Positions 5,829 through 15,740 of a stretch of DNA of 40,635 bases are shown here, piece after piece. Source of the DNA: a virus. Below the pieces are notes generated by a model. That model was not told where the DNA came from. It was given only the letters and a program-made list of their open reading frames with translations, and searched no databases. The stretch spans positions 1-40,635 of IMG/VR virus record IMGVR_UViG_3300037511_000368; one strand, given 5' to 3'. Position 1 is the stretch's first letter; each line of letters begins with the position of its first letter. Made by a program: the position numbers and the translations under genes.

Positions 5829-7889
5829 ATGTCCAGCCCCATGTCAGACTACTCCGATGACGCAAAAGATTTTCTAGATGACTACAAAAAGAAGATAAAA
5901 TCCGATCCTAGACTAGAAAAGCACCGAGATGTAGTCCAGTCATTTGGCGAAGATTATGAAAGAGCTTACCAACTACTCAACACCTACCAAGCTGAAGCCT
6001 ACAAGGATCTCAGTTATTATCTCGGGAACCAGTGGAGCTTGGAAGAGCTTTCTTATCTCAACAATCAACGCCGATCATCGTTTACTTATAACAAGACTCG
6101 AAGGGTTATCAACCTCGTCCAAGGATATCAACGAAAGAACCGTCTTGCGACAATTATCAGCCCTGTTGAAGACTCATCAGAGCGCACTGCAGAGATTCAA
6201 ACAGATGTCATGCAGCATATCATGCAAAACCAAGGCGGATATGAATCCATCAGCGATGCATTCAAGGGGGCGCTTACTACTGGGCTATCGTTCCTCTCCC
6301 CATGGCTGGACTATAGAGATGACCCCGTCTCGGGGGATGTGCGGTTCCACCATGATGCTTGGAACGCTGTCATGTTCGACCCCTTTCTTACAAAAAAAGA
6401 TCTATCGGATTGCAGTTTCATTGCTAGACGGAAGTTTCTATCTAGAACAGAGGTAATCTCACTACTTCCAGACAAGCAAGATGTCATCGAAAATCTCCCA
6501 TGGGGTACACGCGATGACAAGTTCACCTACATGCCTTACGCTCGTCAATGGGGCACTCAAAAGCTGCTTAACTACAATGAATACTGGAAGACTCGCTGGG
6601 ATACTAAAAACGTCCTAGTGGACATGGAAACTGGCGAGACAAGTCAGTGGGACGGAGACAGAAACCGTCTTCACATGATTCAGAGGATGTATCCGCAGAT
6701 AGAAGTAGTTAAAAAGCCAGTTAGATCGGTTGATTTAGCAATCATCGTAGAAGGAGAACTTTTGTACTATGGGAAAGACCCAAGTGGAAGTTCTGACTAC
6801 CCGTTCGTCCCGTTTTTTTGCATATTCGAGCCTTCTTATGACTTGTACACCTGGAAGATTCAGTCTCTGATCCGTCCTATTCGAGATTCTCAGACGGAGA
6901 TCAACAAGCGAAGATCCAAAATGGTGGACTTGATCGATAACACTCTAGCAAGTGGTTACATTGCTAAGACTAACTCGGTTTCCAACCCATCATCTCTGTA
7001 TAAAACAGGTCAAGGTCAGGTTATTTGGCTAAAACCTGAAGCTCAGATGACCGACGTTACTAAGATTCCTCAGCCTGACATCCCAGCTTCGATGTTCCAG
7101 CTAGAAGCTGAGTTTGAAAAGGACATGATGGAGATCATTGGGATCAATCCTGAGATGTTCGGCCTAGCTGAAAATGACAAGGTAGAAACCGCTGGCATTT
7201 TAGCTAAACAAAGACAGTCAGCGGGCATTGTCAACCTACAAGATATCTTCGATGGACTGAGAGAGTCTCAAAAGCTTCTTGGGCAGAAGGTAATGAAGTT
7301 AGTACAAGATAACTACACCCCAGAAAAGATCAAGTTAATCACCAAAAAAGAGCCAACGCCTGAGTTCTACAGCAAAGCATTCTCTAAATACGATGTTGTA
7401 GTTGAAGAGGGAATCCTTACAGATACTCAGCGTCAGTCTCAGTTTATCCAGCTGATGGCTCTTAAAACAACCGGAGTTCCAATCCCAGATGCTCTTATCA
7501 TTAAAAATTCTAACCTTCACGGTAAAAAGGATCTGGAAGAGATTCTGGATGCTCAAGCAAAGTCTGCTCAGCAACAACAAGCGATGGCTACTCAGCTGGA
7601 GCTTCACAAACAAAACGTCCTCGCCAACTCCCTCGAAGCCAAAGCGCAGTCGGACAAAGCGCTCGCGGCGGAAAGGATCAACAAAGTCTCGCTCGACGCG
7701 GCGCTAAGCGCAGAGCGTATTGCTAGATCAGAAGAAGATCGAACCGCTGGAGTCTTGAATCTCATTAAGGCAATGAAAGAAATCGACTCCATAGACATCG
7801 AAACACTTAGAAGTAAGCTTGCTTTCATCAAGGAACTGGAAGGGAAGCAAGAGGGCGAAGAGAACAAGATAAAGAAAGACGTTACTTGA
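5829..7889 (+). CDS. Portal (head-to-tail connector) protein, 686 aa
   Basis: It is the largest head-module ORF and lies upstream of scaffold and capsid. It has a long charged coiled-coil C-terminal tail, as in podovirus portals. The call rests on position and size. Confidence 0.75.
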   Translation: MSSPMSDYSDDAKDFLDDYKKKIKSDPRLEKHRDVVQSFGEDYERAYQLLNTYQAEAYKDLSYYLGNQWSLEELSYLNNQRRSSFTYNKTRRVINLVQGYQRKNRLATIISPVEDSSERTAEIQTDVMQHIMQNQGGYESISDAFKGALTTGLSFLSPWLDYRDDPVSGDVRFHHDAWNAVMFDPFLTKKDLSDCSFIARRKFLSRTEVISLLPDKQDVIENLPWGTRDDKFTYMPYARQWGTQKLLNYNEYWKTRWDTKNVLVDMETGETSQWDGDRNRLHMIQRMYPQIEVVKKPVRSVDLAIIVEGELLYYGKDPSGSSDYPFVPFFCIFEPSYDLYTWKIQSLIRPIRDSQTEINKRRSKMVDLIDNTLASGYIAKTNSVSNPSSLYKTGQGQVIWLKPEAQMTDVTKIPQPDIPASMFQLEAEFEKDMMEIIGINPEMFGLAENDKVETAGILAKQRQSAGIVNLQDIFDGLRESQKLLGQKVMKLVQDNYTPEKIKLITKKEPTPEFYSKAFSKYDVVVEEGILTDTQRQSQFIQLMALKTTGVPIPDALIIKNSNLHGKKDLEEILDAQAKSAQQQQAMATQLELHKQNVLANSLEAKAQSDKALAAERINKVSLDAALSAERIARSEEDRTAGVLNLIKAMKEIDSIDIETLRSKLAFIKELEGKQEGEENKIKKDVT

Positions 7890-8046
7890 TTTTTTGACTT
7901 CTGTGGACATTTTTTTAACTTCCTTTGTTTCTCAATTTCTATAGCTGATTTCCCCTGTTCATATCTCCCTCGAAATTAATATGTACATAAATTTTTAGAT
8001 TATCTGTAAACTTTAAATTAGAAAGTTGACAGTGAAAAGGGGCTAT

Positions 8047-8229
8047 ATGCCAGACAACAACTACAAACATCCTGTACCTCCAAACTCTTTCTCTAGGGAG
8101 TTAGATTCGAGAGTGCAGGCCGAAGAAATGCCTTATGGATACACAACGGAACCTCCTGCGGCCGATACAGGCGATTTCGATCAAAAAAGATTAGAGAGCA
8201 AGAAACAGTACAAGCCGAAAGGCCGTTAA
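8047..8229 (+). CDS. Hypothetical small protein (60 aa from ATG 8047)
   Basis: ORF-track frame 8026..8229. The ATG is preceded by AAAAGGGG. Confidence 0.5.
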   Translation: MPDNNYKHPVPPNSFSRELDSRVQAEEMPYGYTTEPPAADTGDFDQKRLESKKQYKPKGR

Positions 8230-8246
8230 TAACACGAGAGGAAGAA

Positions 8247-8459
8247 ATGAAATCAAAAGGACACGCGTCTTACAAAAACGAAGTAGACGAACCAGCAATG
8301 CCTGCAAAAGGGCACAAACTTAGCGGCATGGGCTGTCACGACTTCAAAGGCGAAGCGATGGACATTGCGTACGGTCAAGCTGGCGCAGCTGGCTGCAAGT
8401 CAGACTACCGCAAGATCGAAAGCCAAATGAAACACTACGGTTGGGATTCCGGTAAATAA
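8247..8459 (+). CDS. Hypothetical small protein (70 aa)
   Basis: ORF track; GAGAGGAAG SD upstream. Confidence 0.55.
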   Translation: MKSKGHASYKNEVDEPAMPAKGHKLSGMGCHDFKGEAMDIAYGQAGAAGCKSDYRKIESQMKHYGWDSGK

Positions 8460-8461
8460 GC

Positions 8462-8827
8462 ATGTCTCAAGAGATAGGCGAATCAAGGGAAGCTTGGGGA
8501 CGCGATGTTTGGCGAATGGCCGAAGATTTTGCGAATAACCTGAAGAGCGAGGACCAGCCTTTTTACATTGTCTATGCTGCAAAGCAAGACAGACAGCATG
8601 AAGGAGCGTTTAGACAGTCATTTCGATTCTATCGTCAACGTCCACCACAGATCATTGGGATCTTGGTTTGGTATGTAGACCATGCGAAGTCTGTCTTCCA
8701 ACTAGTTCCAGAACTATCCATTCCGCCTGATGTGCCGATCAACCCTGCGTTGTTATCAACCAAGGATGCTGATCTGTTGCCAACAGTTGCGGAAACCGGC
8801 GAGAGGATGAAGGTCCTATTAGCCTAA
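8462..8827 (+). CDS. Hypothetical protein (121 aa) in the head module
   Basis: ORF track; tightly packed with its neighbours. Confidence 0.6.
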   Translation: MSQEIGESREAWGRDVWRMAEDFANNLKSEDQPFYIVYAAKQDRQHEGAFRQSFRFYRQRPPQIIGILVWYVDHAKSVFQLVPELSIPPDVPINPALLSTKDADLLPTVAETGERMKVLLA

Positions 8828-8859
8828 TGATTAGATCCAAGCAACCGTAAGGGAATGCA

Positions 8860-9633
8860 ATGTCTATCGATATGAAAAATTTTGCGGGCGAAATAGAGGC
8901 TCCAGCCGCCGTGGAGCAACAAATTGTAGATACGATTCCTGTGAATCAGGAAGTGCAAGAAGAGTTTCCTATGCCGGAAATTCCTGTAGCACCAACGCCG
9001 GAAGTGAAAGCTCCGGTTGAGGAAAGACAGGAACATCCGCAGGCAGCGAACTTCAGAGCCCTTGAGAGCAAGATAGATCAAATAAAGGCGGAAAGAGACG
9101 CCGAGCGACGTGAATTTCAGCTCCAAATGGAGATGATGAGAGCGAATGTTGCTCAGAAGCCAGAACAGGCTAAGCCAAAGAAGATGTTCGAAGGCATGGA
9201 GGATAGTGAAATCCCCAACGCTGGAGAGATCAGAAAGGCTTGGAATGAACGGGAGTCTGAATATACATCGCGCATCGAGGAACTCACGGTGATGTCTCAG
9301 CATTCCGATTACGCCGAGGTGCTCGAGAAACACGCAGCACCGTTACTAAAAGAAAAGCCGCATCTCCTCAAGGGGATCATGAGCTCAGATAACAAAGCGA
9401 TGGCTTTGTATGAGCTTGGGAAGTTAGCGCAGAAGGTACAACAACCGATGCCTCAGATGACAGAAGCGCCTAAGAGCACAAATGCTCAAAGAATAGTCGA
9501 GAACGCTCGCAAACCAGGAACTCTAGCTCAAGCTGGAGGTAGAAGTGGTGTGCTGAGTCAAGCCGATCATTTGGCCAATATGTCTGATCAGGAATTTTTG
9601 AAGTTTGCCTCTAAGCACCTTGAAGGGATCTAA
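8860..9633 (+). CDS. Putative scaffolding protein (257 aa)
   Basis: Acidic, helical and coiled-coil-like composition; sits immediately upstream of the major capsid gene. Confidence 0.6.
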   Translation: MSIDMKNFAGEIEAPAAVEQQIVDTIPVNQEVQEEFPMPEIPVAPTPEVKAPVEERQEHPQAANFRALESKIDQIKAERDAERREFQLQMEMMRANVAQKPEQAKPKKMFEGMEDSEIPNAGEIRKAWNERESEYTSRIEELTVMSQHSDYAEVLEKHAAPLLKEKPHLLKGIMSSDNKAMALYELGKLAQKVQQPMPQMTEAPKSTNAQRIVENARKPGTLAQAGGRSGVLSQADHLANMSDQEFLKFASKHLEGI

Positions 9634-9649
9634 CCAATAGAGAACATAA

Positions 9650-10588
9650 ATGGCAATTACAGGAATAACACAACTGCCACCAGAAGTCCGTCAATATTTT
9701 GACAGACTCTTACTGGCTTTGGCACGTCCTTACTATATCTACGATTTGTTTGCTCAAAAACGACAAATCCCAATGAACAGTGGCGATCAGATGGTCTTCC
9801 GAAGATACGGAACTCTCACTGCCGCAACTGTACCACTTACAGATGGTCAAACTCCTGCTGGAGATCAACTTTCTGTAACCGACTTCCGTGCTCAAATTCA
9901 ATGGTACGGTTCGTTCGTAACTATCACAGACCAAGTACAATACGTTGTTCAAGATAGAGTTTTGAACGAAGCAACAAGAGTACTTTCGCTTCAACTAGGC
10001 TTAACTATCGATACATTGATTCGAGACATGATGGTGTCTACTGCTTCAACTATCGCATGTAGCCATGGAGTTAACGGCGGAACACCTACAGAGATCACTG
10101 ATGCAGATATCCAAACTGCTGTCGTTGCTCTCCGTCAAGGAAATGCTAGACTCATGACGAATCCTCTACCTGGGGAAAACAAGTTCAATACGGCGCCCGT
10201 ACGTGCGTCTTATTGGGGATTCATGTCAGTCGACATGCAGTCCGACTTGGAAGCTGTTAGCTCGTTTATCTCAGTTGCTAACTACCCGAACCCACAGAAT
10301 GCTCTCGAAGCAGAATGGGGTTCTACAAGAAACGTCCGATGGCTCCTCAACACCAACGGATATAACAACGGCGCAGCAACTCCTGTTTACTCCTCGTTCG
10401 TTCTCGGACAAGAAGCTTACGGAGTAGTTCGTCTTGGTGCTAAAGAAGCTGAATTTATCGTGAAACCGCTCGGCGCTTCCGGTACAGCTGACCCCTTAAA
10501 CCAAAGAGGTACAGTAGGTTATAAGTATCCGTTTGCAACACGTCTACTTAATGACAACTGGATCACCAGAATGACAGCGACGCTGTAA
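9650..10588 (+). CDS. Major capsid protein, HK97 fold (N4-gp56-like family as I remember it), 312 aa
   Basis: Position after the scaffold. N-terminal pattern YFDRLLLALARP...QKRQIPMNSGDQMVFRRYGTL...LTDGQTPAG...QWYGSFVTITDQV is typical of this capsid family. Confidence 0.8.
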   Translation: MAITGITQLPPEVRQYFDRLLLALARPYYIYDLFAQKRQIPMNSGDQMVFRRYGTLTAATVPLTDGQTPAGDQLSVTDFRAQIQWYGSFVTITDQVQYVVQDRVLNEATRVLSLQLGLTIDTLIRDMMVSTASTIACSHGVNGGTPTEITDADIQTAVVALRQGNARLMTNPLPGENKFNTAPVRASYWGFMSVDMQSDLEAVSSFISVANYPNPQNALEAEWGSTRNVRWLLNTNGYNNGAATPVYSSFVLGQEAYGVVRLGAKEAEFIVKPLGASGTADPLNQRGTVGYKYPFATRLLNDNWITRMTATL

Positions 10589-10598
10589 GGAGAACATC

Positions 10599-11321
10599 AT
10601 GGCAATTATAAGAAAAGGAACACTGACCGTCACTTCTGGCGGAACAGCGCAGAACTTGATCTTGGGATTCGTTCCAAGTCACTTCCGCATGGTCAACAAA
10701 ACTAAAATGGTTGCGAACACTAACGGTGTTCAGATCGTTGAATGGTTTGATGACATGGCTAACGCTTCTGCGTATCTATGGACAACTACTACCGGGGCGC
10801 CTGTAATTTCTTACACGTCGACCAACGGGGTAACTCCGTACACAACGACAGATGGTTCCTTGTATCCATCAACGAACTTAACTATTACTGGCATTAGCAA
10901 AGCTGCTAACGCAAGTATCACAGCAACTCACGCCTTCACAAGCGCTGACGTTGGCGTGACGACAGTTTCGTTCCACAACATTCTTGGAATGACACAAATG
11001 AACACACTCACAGGTGTGATTCAGTCGGTAACAAGCACAACAAGTTTCACAGTGAACATCAACTCTACCAGCTTCTCGACTTACACGAGTGGTGGTGTTG
11101 CAAACATCGTGACAGGAAGCCCTGCATTACAAGGTGGCTCTTTGGCCTCTGGCAATGCTCTCGGGTTCTCACCGCTTCAAGCTGCATCCTCGCAAGTACA
11201 AAACACGCCTCTCTTCAACCAGGGCGCCGTTGGTATCACGCTTGGTTCTTCGTTGATGGTGACTACAAGCGATGTATGGCAATACGTTGCTGAACTTGAT
11301 TGCGACTTTACTAGCGCATAA
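10599..11321 (+). CDS. Capsid-associated accessory (decoration or head-fibre) protein with a small beta-barrel domain, 240 aa
   Basis: Directly follows the capsid gene. The segment ITATHAFTSADVGVTTVSFHNILGMTQMNTLTGVIQSVTSTTSFTVNINSTSFSTYTSGGVANIVTGSPAL is paralogous to 11510..11881. Confidence 0.55.
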   Translation: MAIIRKGTLTVTSGGTAQNLILGFVPSHFRMVNKTKMVANTNGVQIVEWFDDMANASAYLWTTTTGAPVISYTSTNGVTPYTTTDGSLYPSTNLTITGISKAANASITATHAFTSADVGVTTVSFHNILGMTQMNTLTGVIQSVTSTTSFTVNINSTSFSTYTSGGVANIVTGSPALQGGSLASGNALGFSPLQAASSQVQNTPLFNQGAVGITLGSSLMVTTSDVWQYVAELDCDFTSA

Positions 11322-11328
11322 CCAGGTA

Positions 11329-11487
11329 GGCCAGGAGAGTCCTGGCCGTCTTGCTAGAAGACAAAGCCATTTTGGGCGCCTGAATGAAACCGGTGGAGTA
11401 GCTAGCCAATGCTCCACAAGTCTGCGAGCCCCAGGTAAAGCTGGGCCATGACCAGGCGAAGGAACGCTAGGGATTGAAACCCCTAGC
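11329..11487 (+). promoter_or_regulatory. GC-rich multi-hairpin intergenic element (attenuator, terminator or structured RNA)
   Basis: Hairpins read by eye: GGCCAGGA-GAG-TCCTGGCC (11329-11347); GTCTT-GCTAG-AAGAC (11348-11362); GTGGAG...CTCCAC (about 11393-11417); GCTAGGG-attgaaac-CCCTAGC (11466-11487). Confidence 0.5.
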
Positions 11488-11509
11488 TATGCCTTTTAAA
11501 AAAGGGAAG

Positions 11510-11881
11510 ATGATGAGTAATCCTATAGCACCTTCTGTTACTTATCCTTCACCCAATGAGTATCCAGATACTCTTAGAACTATCACAAACATCACCAGAG
11601 CTAGAGAAGCAACGATAACTTCAGTAGCTCATGGTTTTGATTCTGACGACATCGATGTAACTTCAGTAGATTTTCTACAAGTTAGAGGCATGACCCAAAT
11701 CAATGGGCTCATGGGAGTTATTCAAGAGATTCCCGATGCCGATAACTTCGTCGTCAACATCAACACAACGAACTTCACTGCTTATAGCAGCGGAGGTGTT
11801 GCAAGCATAGTAACCGGAACTCCTGCTTTAGAAGATCAGGGTGCTCAAACTTTCAACACTCCATTTCAAAACATTTTTTAA
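11510..11881 (+). CDS. Second small beta-barrel accessory protein (123 aa), paralog of the 10599 gene domain
   Basis: The ATG at 11510 after AAAGGGAAG is preferred over the TTG at 11474. The segment ITSVAHGFDSDDIDVTSVDFLQVRGMTQINGLMGVIQEIPDADNFVVNINTTNFTAYSSGGVASIVTGTPAL aligns with the upstream gene. Confidence 0.6.
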   Translation: MMSNPIAPSVTYPSPNEYPDTLRTITNITRAREATITSVAHGFDSDDIDVTSVDFLQVRGMTQINGLMGVIQEIPDADNFVVNINTTNFTAYSSGGVASIVTGTPALEDQGAQTFNTPFQNIF

Positions 11882-11891
11882 AGGAAACAAC

Positions 11892-12293
11892 ATGGCAAGA
11901 ACACGAAGACTGAACGACGCGAGTCCCCAGGTGATTGAGGAAAACTTCCTCAAGCAAAATCCTGACCCAGTGGTAGCGGGACTACCCGACGAAGCAACAG
12001 GCATTGTGATTGCAAATCACATTACGCCAATGCGTCGAGTAATTTTTATAAACGGTAGAGATCCGGGAGTTCCTCTCTCCTTCCACCACGCCTCAAAAAC
12101 ACATCCGCTCAAGCAATACACGTTGCTAGATGGATTTGAGTATGAGCTTCCCGTGGAAGTTATAGACAGCCTAGAAGAACGACATATCCCTGAATACGGA
12201 TACAGAAAGAGCCAGCAAGGACATCCAGAGATGTATGTCATGGGCAAGAAGTATCTCTACCAGTTCAGAACACCTCCTAAAAAGGTTGCATAA
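11892..12293 (+). CDS. Virion-module protein of unknown function (133 aa)
   Basis: ATG at 11892 after AAGGAAA; ORF-track frame 11841..12293. Confidence 0.6.
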   Translation: MARTRRLNDASPQVIEENFLKQNPDPVVAGLPDEATGIVIANHITPMRRVIFINGRDPGVPLSFHHASKTHPLKQYTLLDGFEYELPVEVIDSLEERHIPEYGYRKSQQGHPEMYVMGKKYLYQFRTPPKKVA

Positions 12294-13183
12294 TGTCGAT
12301 AACAACAGCTGGATGGACGTTATCTAACATCCGCCAAAAGGTTCGTAATCTAACCGGGACTCCGAGCGAAGATCAGCTGTCGGACGATGAAGTTGATGCA
12401 TACATAAACAACTACCTCGTTTTTACTATGCCTCATGAACTGAAAGTCCAAATTCAGAACAACTTTTTGGACTTCAAAACTGTGCCAGGTCAACAGATCT
12501 ATTCGTTCCCTGGCGCTTTCCTTACAGACTCTCCTGGCGCCTATGCTGATGGATTTCCGATGGTTTTCTACGAAGACCCAGACATCTTCTATCAAGACTG
12601 GCCCCAGCAATATAACGTAGATGTGGTCGATACTGGCGATGGTTCTACAACTACCTTTACCGGAACTACTCAAGGGTTTCCCATAATCCCAGGAACTTAT
12701 TTCATAACAGACGGTGATCAAGTTCTGCAAGATGATGGAGATGGTGCTTTAGAAGCCGTTTCTCCGGCTACAGGGTCCGGAACGATCAACTACACCACCG
12801 GAGCATTTAGCGCCACTTTTGGGTCCGCTCCGGCCTCTACTGACCAGATCTACGATAAGTACCAAGCATGCCAACAAAATCGCCCTGAAGGGGTTCTTTT
12901 CTTCGAAAATCAGTTCACTCTCATGCCGGTGCCCGATCAGGTTTACCAAATCCGCATGCAAGGGTTCGTTTTACCCGATTTGCTGGTAGAAGATTCAGAC
13001 ACTCCAGCTCAGCAGGAATGGGGCCCTGTAATCGCTTATGGAGCCTCTATCGAGATCTTCAACGATCGAGGAGACGTCGATAATGCGGAAAGACTAGTCC
13101 CCAGCTTAAAGCGTTACGAAAATGTAGCCCTTTCCAGAACAATACAACAATACACGCCAATGCAGGGCGTTCCGAGGTTCTAA
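12293..13183 (+). CDS. Putative head-tail adaptor or tail tubular protein (296 aa)
   Basis: ATG overlaps the upstream stop. The call is positional only. Confidence 0.4.
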   Translation: MSITTAGWTLSNIRQKVRNLTGTPSEDQLSDDEVDAYINNYLVFTMPHELKVQIQNNFLDFKTVPGQQIYSFPGAFLTDSPGAYADGFPMVFYEDPDIFYQDWPQQYNVDVVDTGDGSTTTFTGTTQGFPIIPGTYFITDGDQVLQDDGDGALEAVSPATGSGTINYTTGAFSATFGSAPASTDQIYDKYQACQQNRPEGVLFFENQFTLMPVPDQVYQIRMQGFVLPDLLVEDSDTPAQQEWGPVIAYGASIEIFNDRGDVDNAERLVPSLKRYENVALSRTIQQYTPMQGVPRF

Positions 13184-13818
13184 TGACATATACCCCAGGG
13201 ATTCCAAACTCCACCGATCTGATTAGCAATAGTCAGCAGCAAATAAAAGACAACTTTGGTCAGTTAAACACTCAGTTTGCAATAGACCACGTGGCCTTCA
13301 ATACAGGAGCTGCTAACGGGGATGGCCACCATAAGCAAGTTACATTTGATAATGCCCCTTCAGCTCCGACCACCACAGGCACCGTTTCCTGTGTATACCC
13401 AGTCGCCGTCACTTCTAACGTGGGTGGAGTGTCAGTAATAGATCAGCAGCTATATTTTAAAGCTCTTGAGTATTCAGGAACAGGTTCTGCAGCGCAAGTA
13501 GCCACCCAGCTTACCGGGTACTTCCTTAAGTCGGCAAACGGTTACGCCACTCTTCCTGGGGGAATTTTAGTTAAGTGGGGTTCATTTTCTGCATCATCTG
13601 GAAATGGTACTTTTTCTTATCCAACTGGCGCGACAATCCCCGTTTTTACAACAGTTTATCAAGTCTTCTTGCAGCCCTCCAGTGCACCAGGATCTCCAAA
13701 CTACTACGGATATGTGACTGGGACGCCTGGAGCCGCATCTTTTACATATGACAGCGTTGCCAGAACTTCGAACACTGGAGCCTCTGGAACATACTCCTAT
13801 TTAGCTATAGGGGTCTAA
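13183..13818 (+). CDS. Tail-associated structural protein (211 aa)
   Basis: Coupled start. The N-terminus SQQQIKDNFGQLNTQFAIDHVAFN...GDGHHKQVTF resembles conserved N-termini of phage tail or fibre proteins, from memory. Confidence 0.4.
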   Translation: MTYTPGIPNSTDLISNSQQQIKDNFGQLNTQFAIDHVAFNTGAANGDGHHKQVTFDNAPSAPTTTGTVSCVYPVAVTSNVGGVSVIDQQLYFKALEYSGTGSAAQVATQLTGYFLKSANGYATLPGGILVKWGSFSASSGNGTFSYPTGATIPVFTTVYQVFLQPSSAPGSPNYYGYVTGTPGAASFTYDSVARTSNTGASGTYSYLAIGV

Positions 13819-15740
13819 TGTCATCTAACTACCAGCCTTACCCAATCACAGAGTTTAAGACTGGTATAAACACGTATCTTGAACCATGGATGCGTCCAGC
13901 TGACGCCTTCGAACCATTACAGAATGCTTACGTTTATCGTGGTTCTATCTACAAAAGAGCTGGATCTTCTGTCTTTGGGAACCAACTGGACGACACAAGT
14001 CCAGTTATGGGCATTATGCAGAGAGTTAACCAATCTACTGGAGCTATCTCTTTAGTAGCCGCTAGCACAAAGAACCTCTATTTGTATGATGCAGGCGCAA
14101 ATACCTTTAGCAAGCTTCTAACTGTAGGTGGTTCTAACTCCATCTTCTGGAAAGGGACAGCAACCGGCACTATCACGATGCCATCTTTGTGGACACTTTG
14201 GAGTGCAGGCACAGTAAGCGTCACCGATGGCACCACAACAATCACAGCCAATGGTGCCGGGAACTTTACAAGTGGGGGGATATTTGCTGCAGGTGGAACA
14301 ATTAACCACACCACTGGAAGCATAACCCTTAACTTCAGTGGATCAACAGCTAATACCTCACTTACAATCAGCGGCACTCTAGCTGGGAATAACTTCACTG
14401 GAAACATCACAAACTTCTTTAACTGGACTAACTGGCAACCAACCGATCCAACTACGTTTACATCAAGCGTAAGTTATCTTTATGTAACTAATGGAGTCGA
14501 CCCTGTTACTACATATGACGGAACTTATCTAGCTAGACCAGTTCTGTATGTTAATAGTGTGTTTACCGACTACATAACCAAAGCACTTGATGTTACAGTG
14601 TACAAAAATAGGTTGCTCTTAGTTAAGCCTACCCTGAACAGCACTAATAATGCTTTGAATCAATCAATTTACTTTAGTGCTCTATTTAGTCCATTTAACT
14701 TCGTAAACGATGTCGCAGGAAATGGTGGACAAGAGACAGCAGCTACTGGAGATATTATTGTTTCAGAGGAGCCGCTCAGAGATGCTATCGTGGTTAACTT
14801 CACAAATAGCACATGGCTTTTTAGATTTACTGGGGTAGATTACAAACCTTTCCGATTTGAAAAGATAAACAACAGCAAATCTAACAACGCTCCCTATGGA
14901 AGCGAAGCTTACGATGAGAGAACAACTTCTATTGGATCAAAGGGGCTCACCGCCTGCGACGGAACCAACGTTGCTAGATACGACATTCCTATCATAGATT
15001 ACTACGAAACTGAGATAAGAGAGCAATACTATAGCCAATGCTTTAGCCATAGATACGACAATCTAAACCAAACTTGGATGTTTTATGTATCCACTGAAAA
15101 TATTAATTCACTAATTGGAGGAGTAGCTCCAGGTTCAGATAAGGCTCTAGTTTATAACTTTCTTGAAAATACTTGGGCTACCTTCACATTTAGTACACCC
15201 ATGACTTGTATGGGCCAATTCTTTCAAGTCGCTGGAACTACATGGGCTCAGCTTACCCAAGCCTGGGAAGATACCCACAAAGCTTGGGACTCTTACACTA
15301 ACCAGAAATCAGTTCCTCTTTTGCTTGCTGGAGATGTTAACGGTTACATCTACAGGATGGACGACCAAAATGCTGTAACAGACAACGGAAATAGTATAAT
15401 TCCAGACATAGTTAGTACTAGATGGAATCCAGTTATTAAATCTGGGCAAAAAGTTCAGGTTGGTTATGTAGATATTTATTACTACATAGCTTCAAATAAT
15501 GATGACGATCCAGTTCAAGTAACTCTAAACTTCTTTGTAGATGATAATGAGGCTCCAGCGCTGTCTAAAACTCTTACTTTAGACGGCCCTTCTAATGGAG
15601 ATTTTGCCTGGAAGAGAATCTACACCAATCTTTCTGGCCAATTTGTACAGATGGAAATAGATCCAAATGTAGACTCGTTCATGCAGTTTCTGGGATTTAT
15701 TATCTGGGCTAGACCATCTGGAAGGTTGACATCTCCATGA
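13818..15740 (+). CDS. Large tail structural protein (nozzle or tubular-B-like?), 640 aa
   Basis: The call rests on size and position downstream of adaptor-like genes. Coupled starts. Confidence 0.4.
   Translation: MSSNYQPYPITEFKTGINTYLEPWMRPADAFEPLQNAYVYRGSIYKRAGSSVFGNQLDDTSPVMGIMQRVNQSTGAISLVAASTKNLYLYDAGANTFSKLLTVGGSNSIFWKGTATGTITMPSLWTLWSAGTVSVTDGTTTITANGAGNFTSGGIFAAGGTINHTTGSITLNFSGSTANTSLTISGTLAGNNFTGNITNFFNWTNWQPTDPTTFTSSVSYLYVTNGVDPVTTYDGTYLARPVLYVNSVFTDYITKALDVTVYKNRLLLVKPTLNSTNNALNQSIYFSALFSPFNFVNDVAGNGGQETAATGDIIVSEEPLRDAIVVNFTNSTWLFRFTGVDYKPFRFEKINNSKSNNAPYGSEAYDERTTSIGSKGLTACDGTNVARYDIPIIDYYETEIREQYYSQCFSHRYDNLNQTWMFYVSTENINSLIGGVAPGSDKALVYNFLENTWATFTFSTPMTCMGQFFQVAGTTWAQLTQAWEDTHKAWDSYTNQKSVPLLLAGDVNGYIYRMDDQNAVTDNGNSIIPDIVSTRWNPVIKSGQKVQVGYVDIYYYIASNNDDDPVQVTLNFFVDDNEAPALSKTLTLDGPSNGDFAWKRIYTNLSGQFVQMEIDPNVDSFMQFLGFIIWARPSGRLTSP

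Noticed and set aside
7890-8046. Promoter call in the AT-rich gap after the portal gene (TTGACT-16-TAACTT, and TTGACA at about 8025)
   Set aside because: The hexamer matches are weak or too close to the downstream start codon. AT-rich spacers produce such matches by chance. I left it unannotated.
8824-9333. 169-aa minus-strand ORF opposite the scaffold gene, plus other internal or antisense ORFs (175..621, 5260..5586, 5944..6456, 1577..1981, 34132..34611, 17672..18106, 18568..18879)
   Set aside because: Each lies within, or antisense to, a better-supported gene that has operon coupling, SD sequences or recognisable motifs. Their products are compositionally odd (Arg/Ser/Leu/Cys-rich), as expected for off-frame translation.
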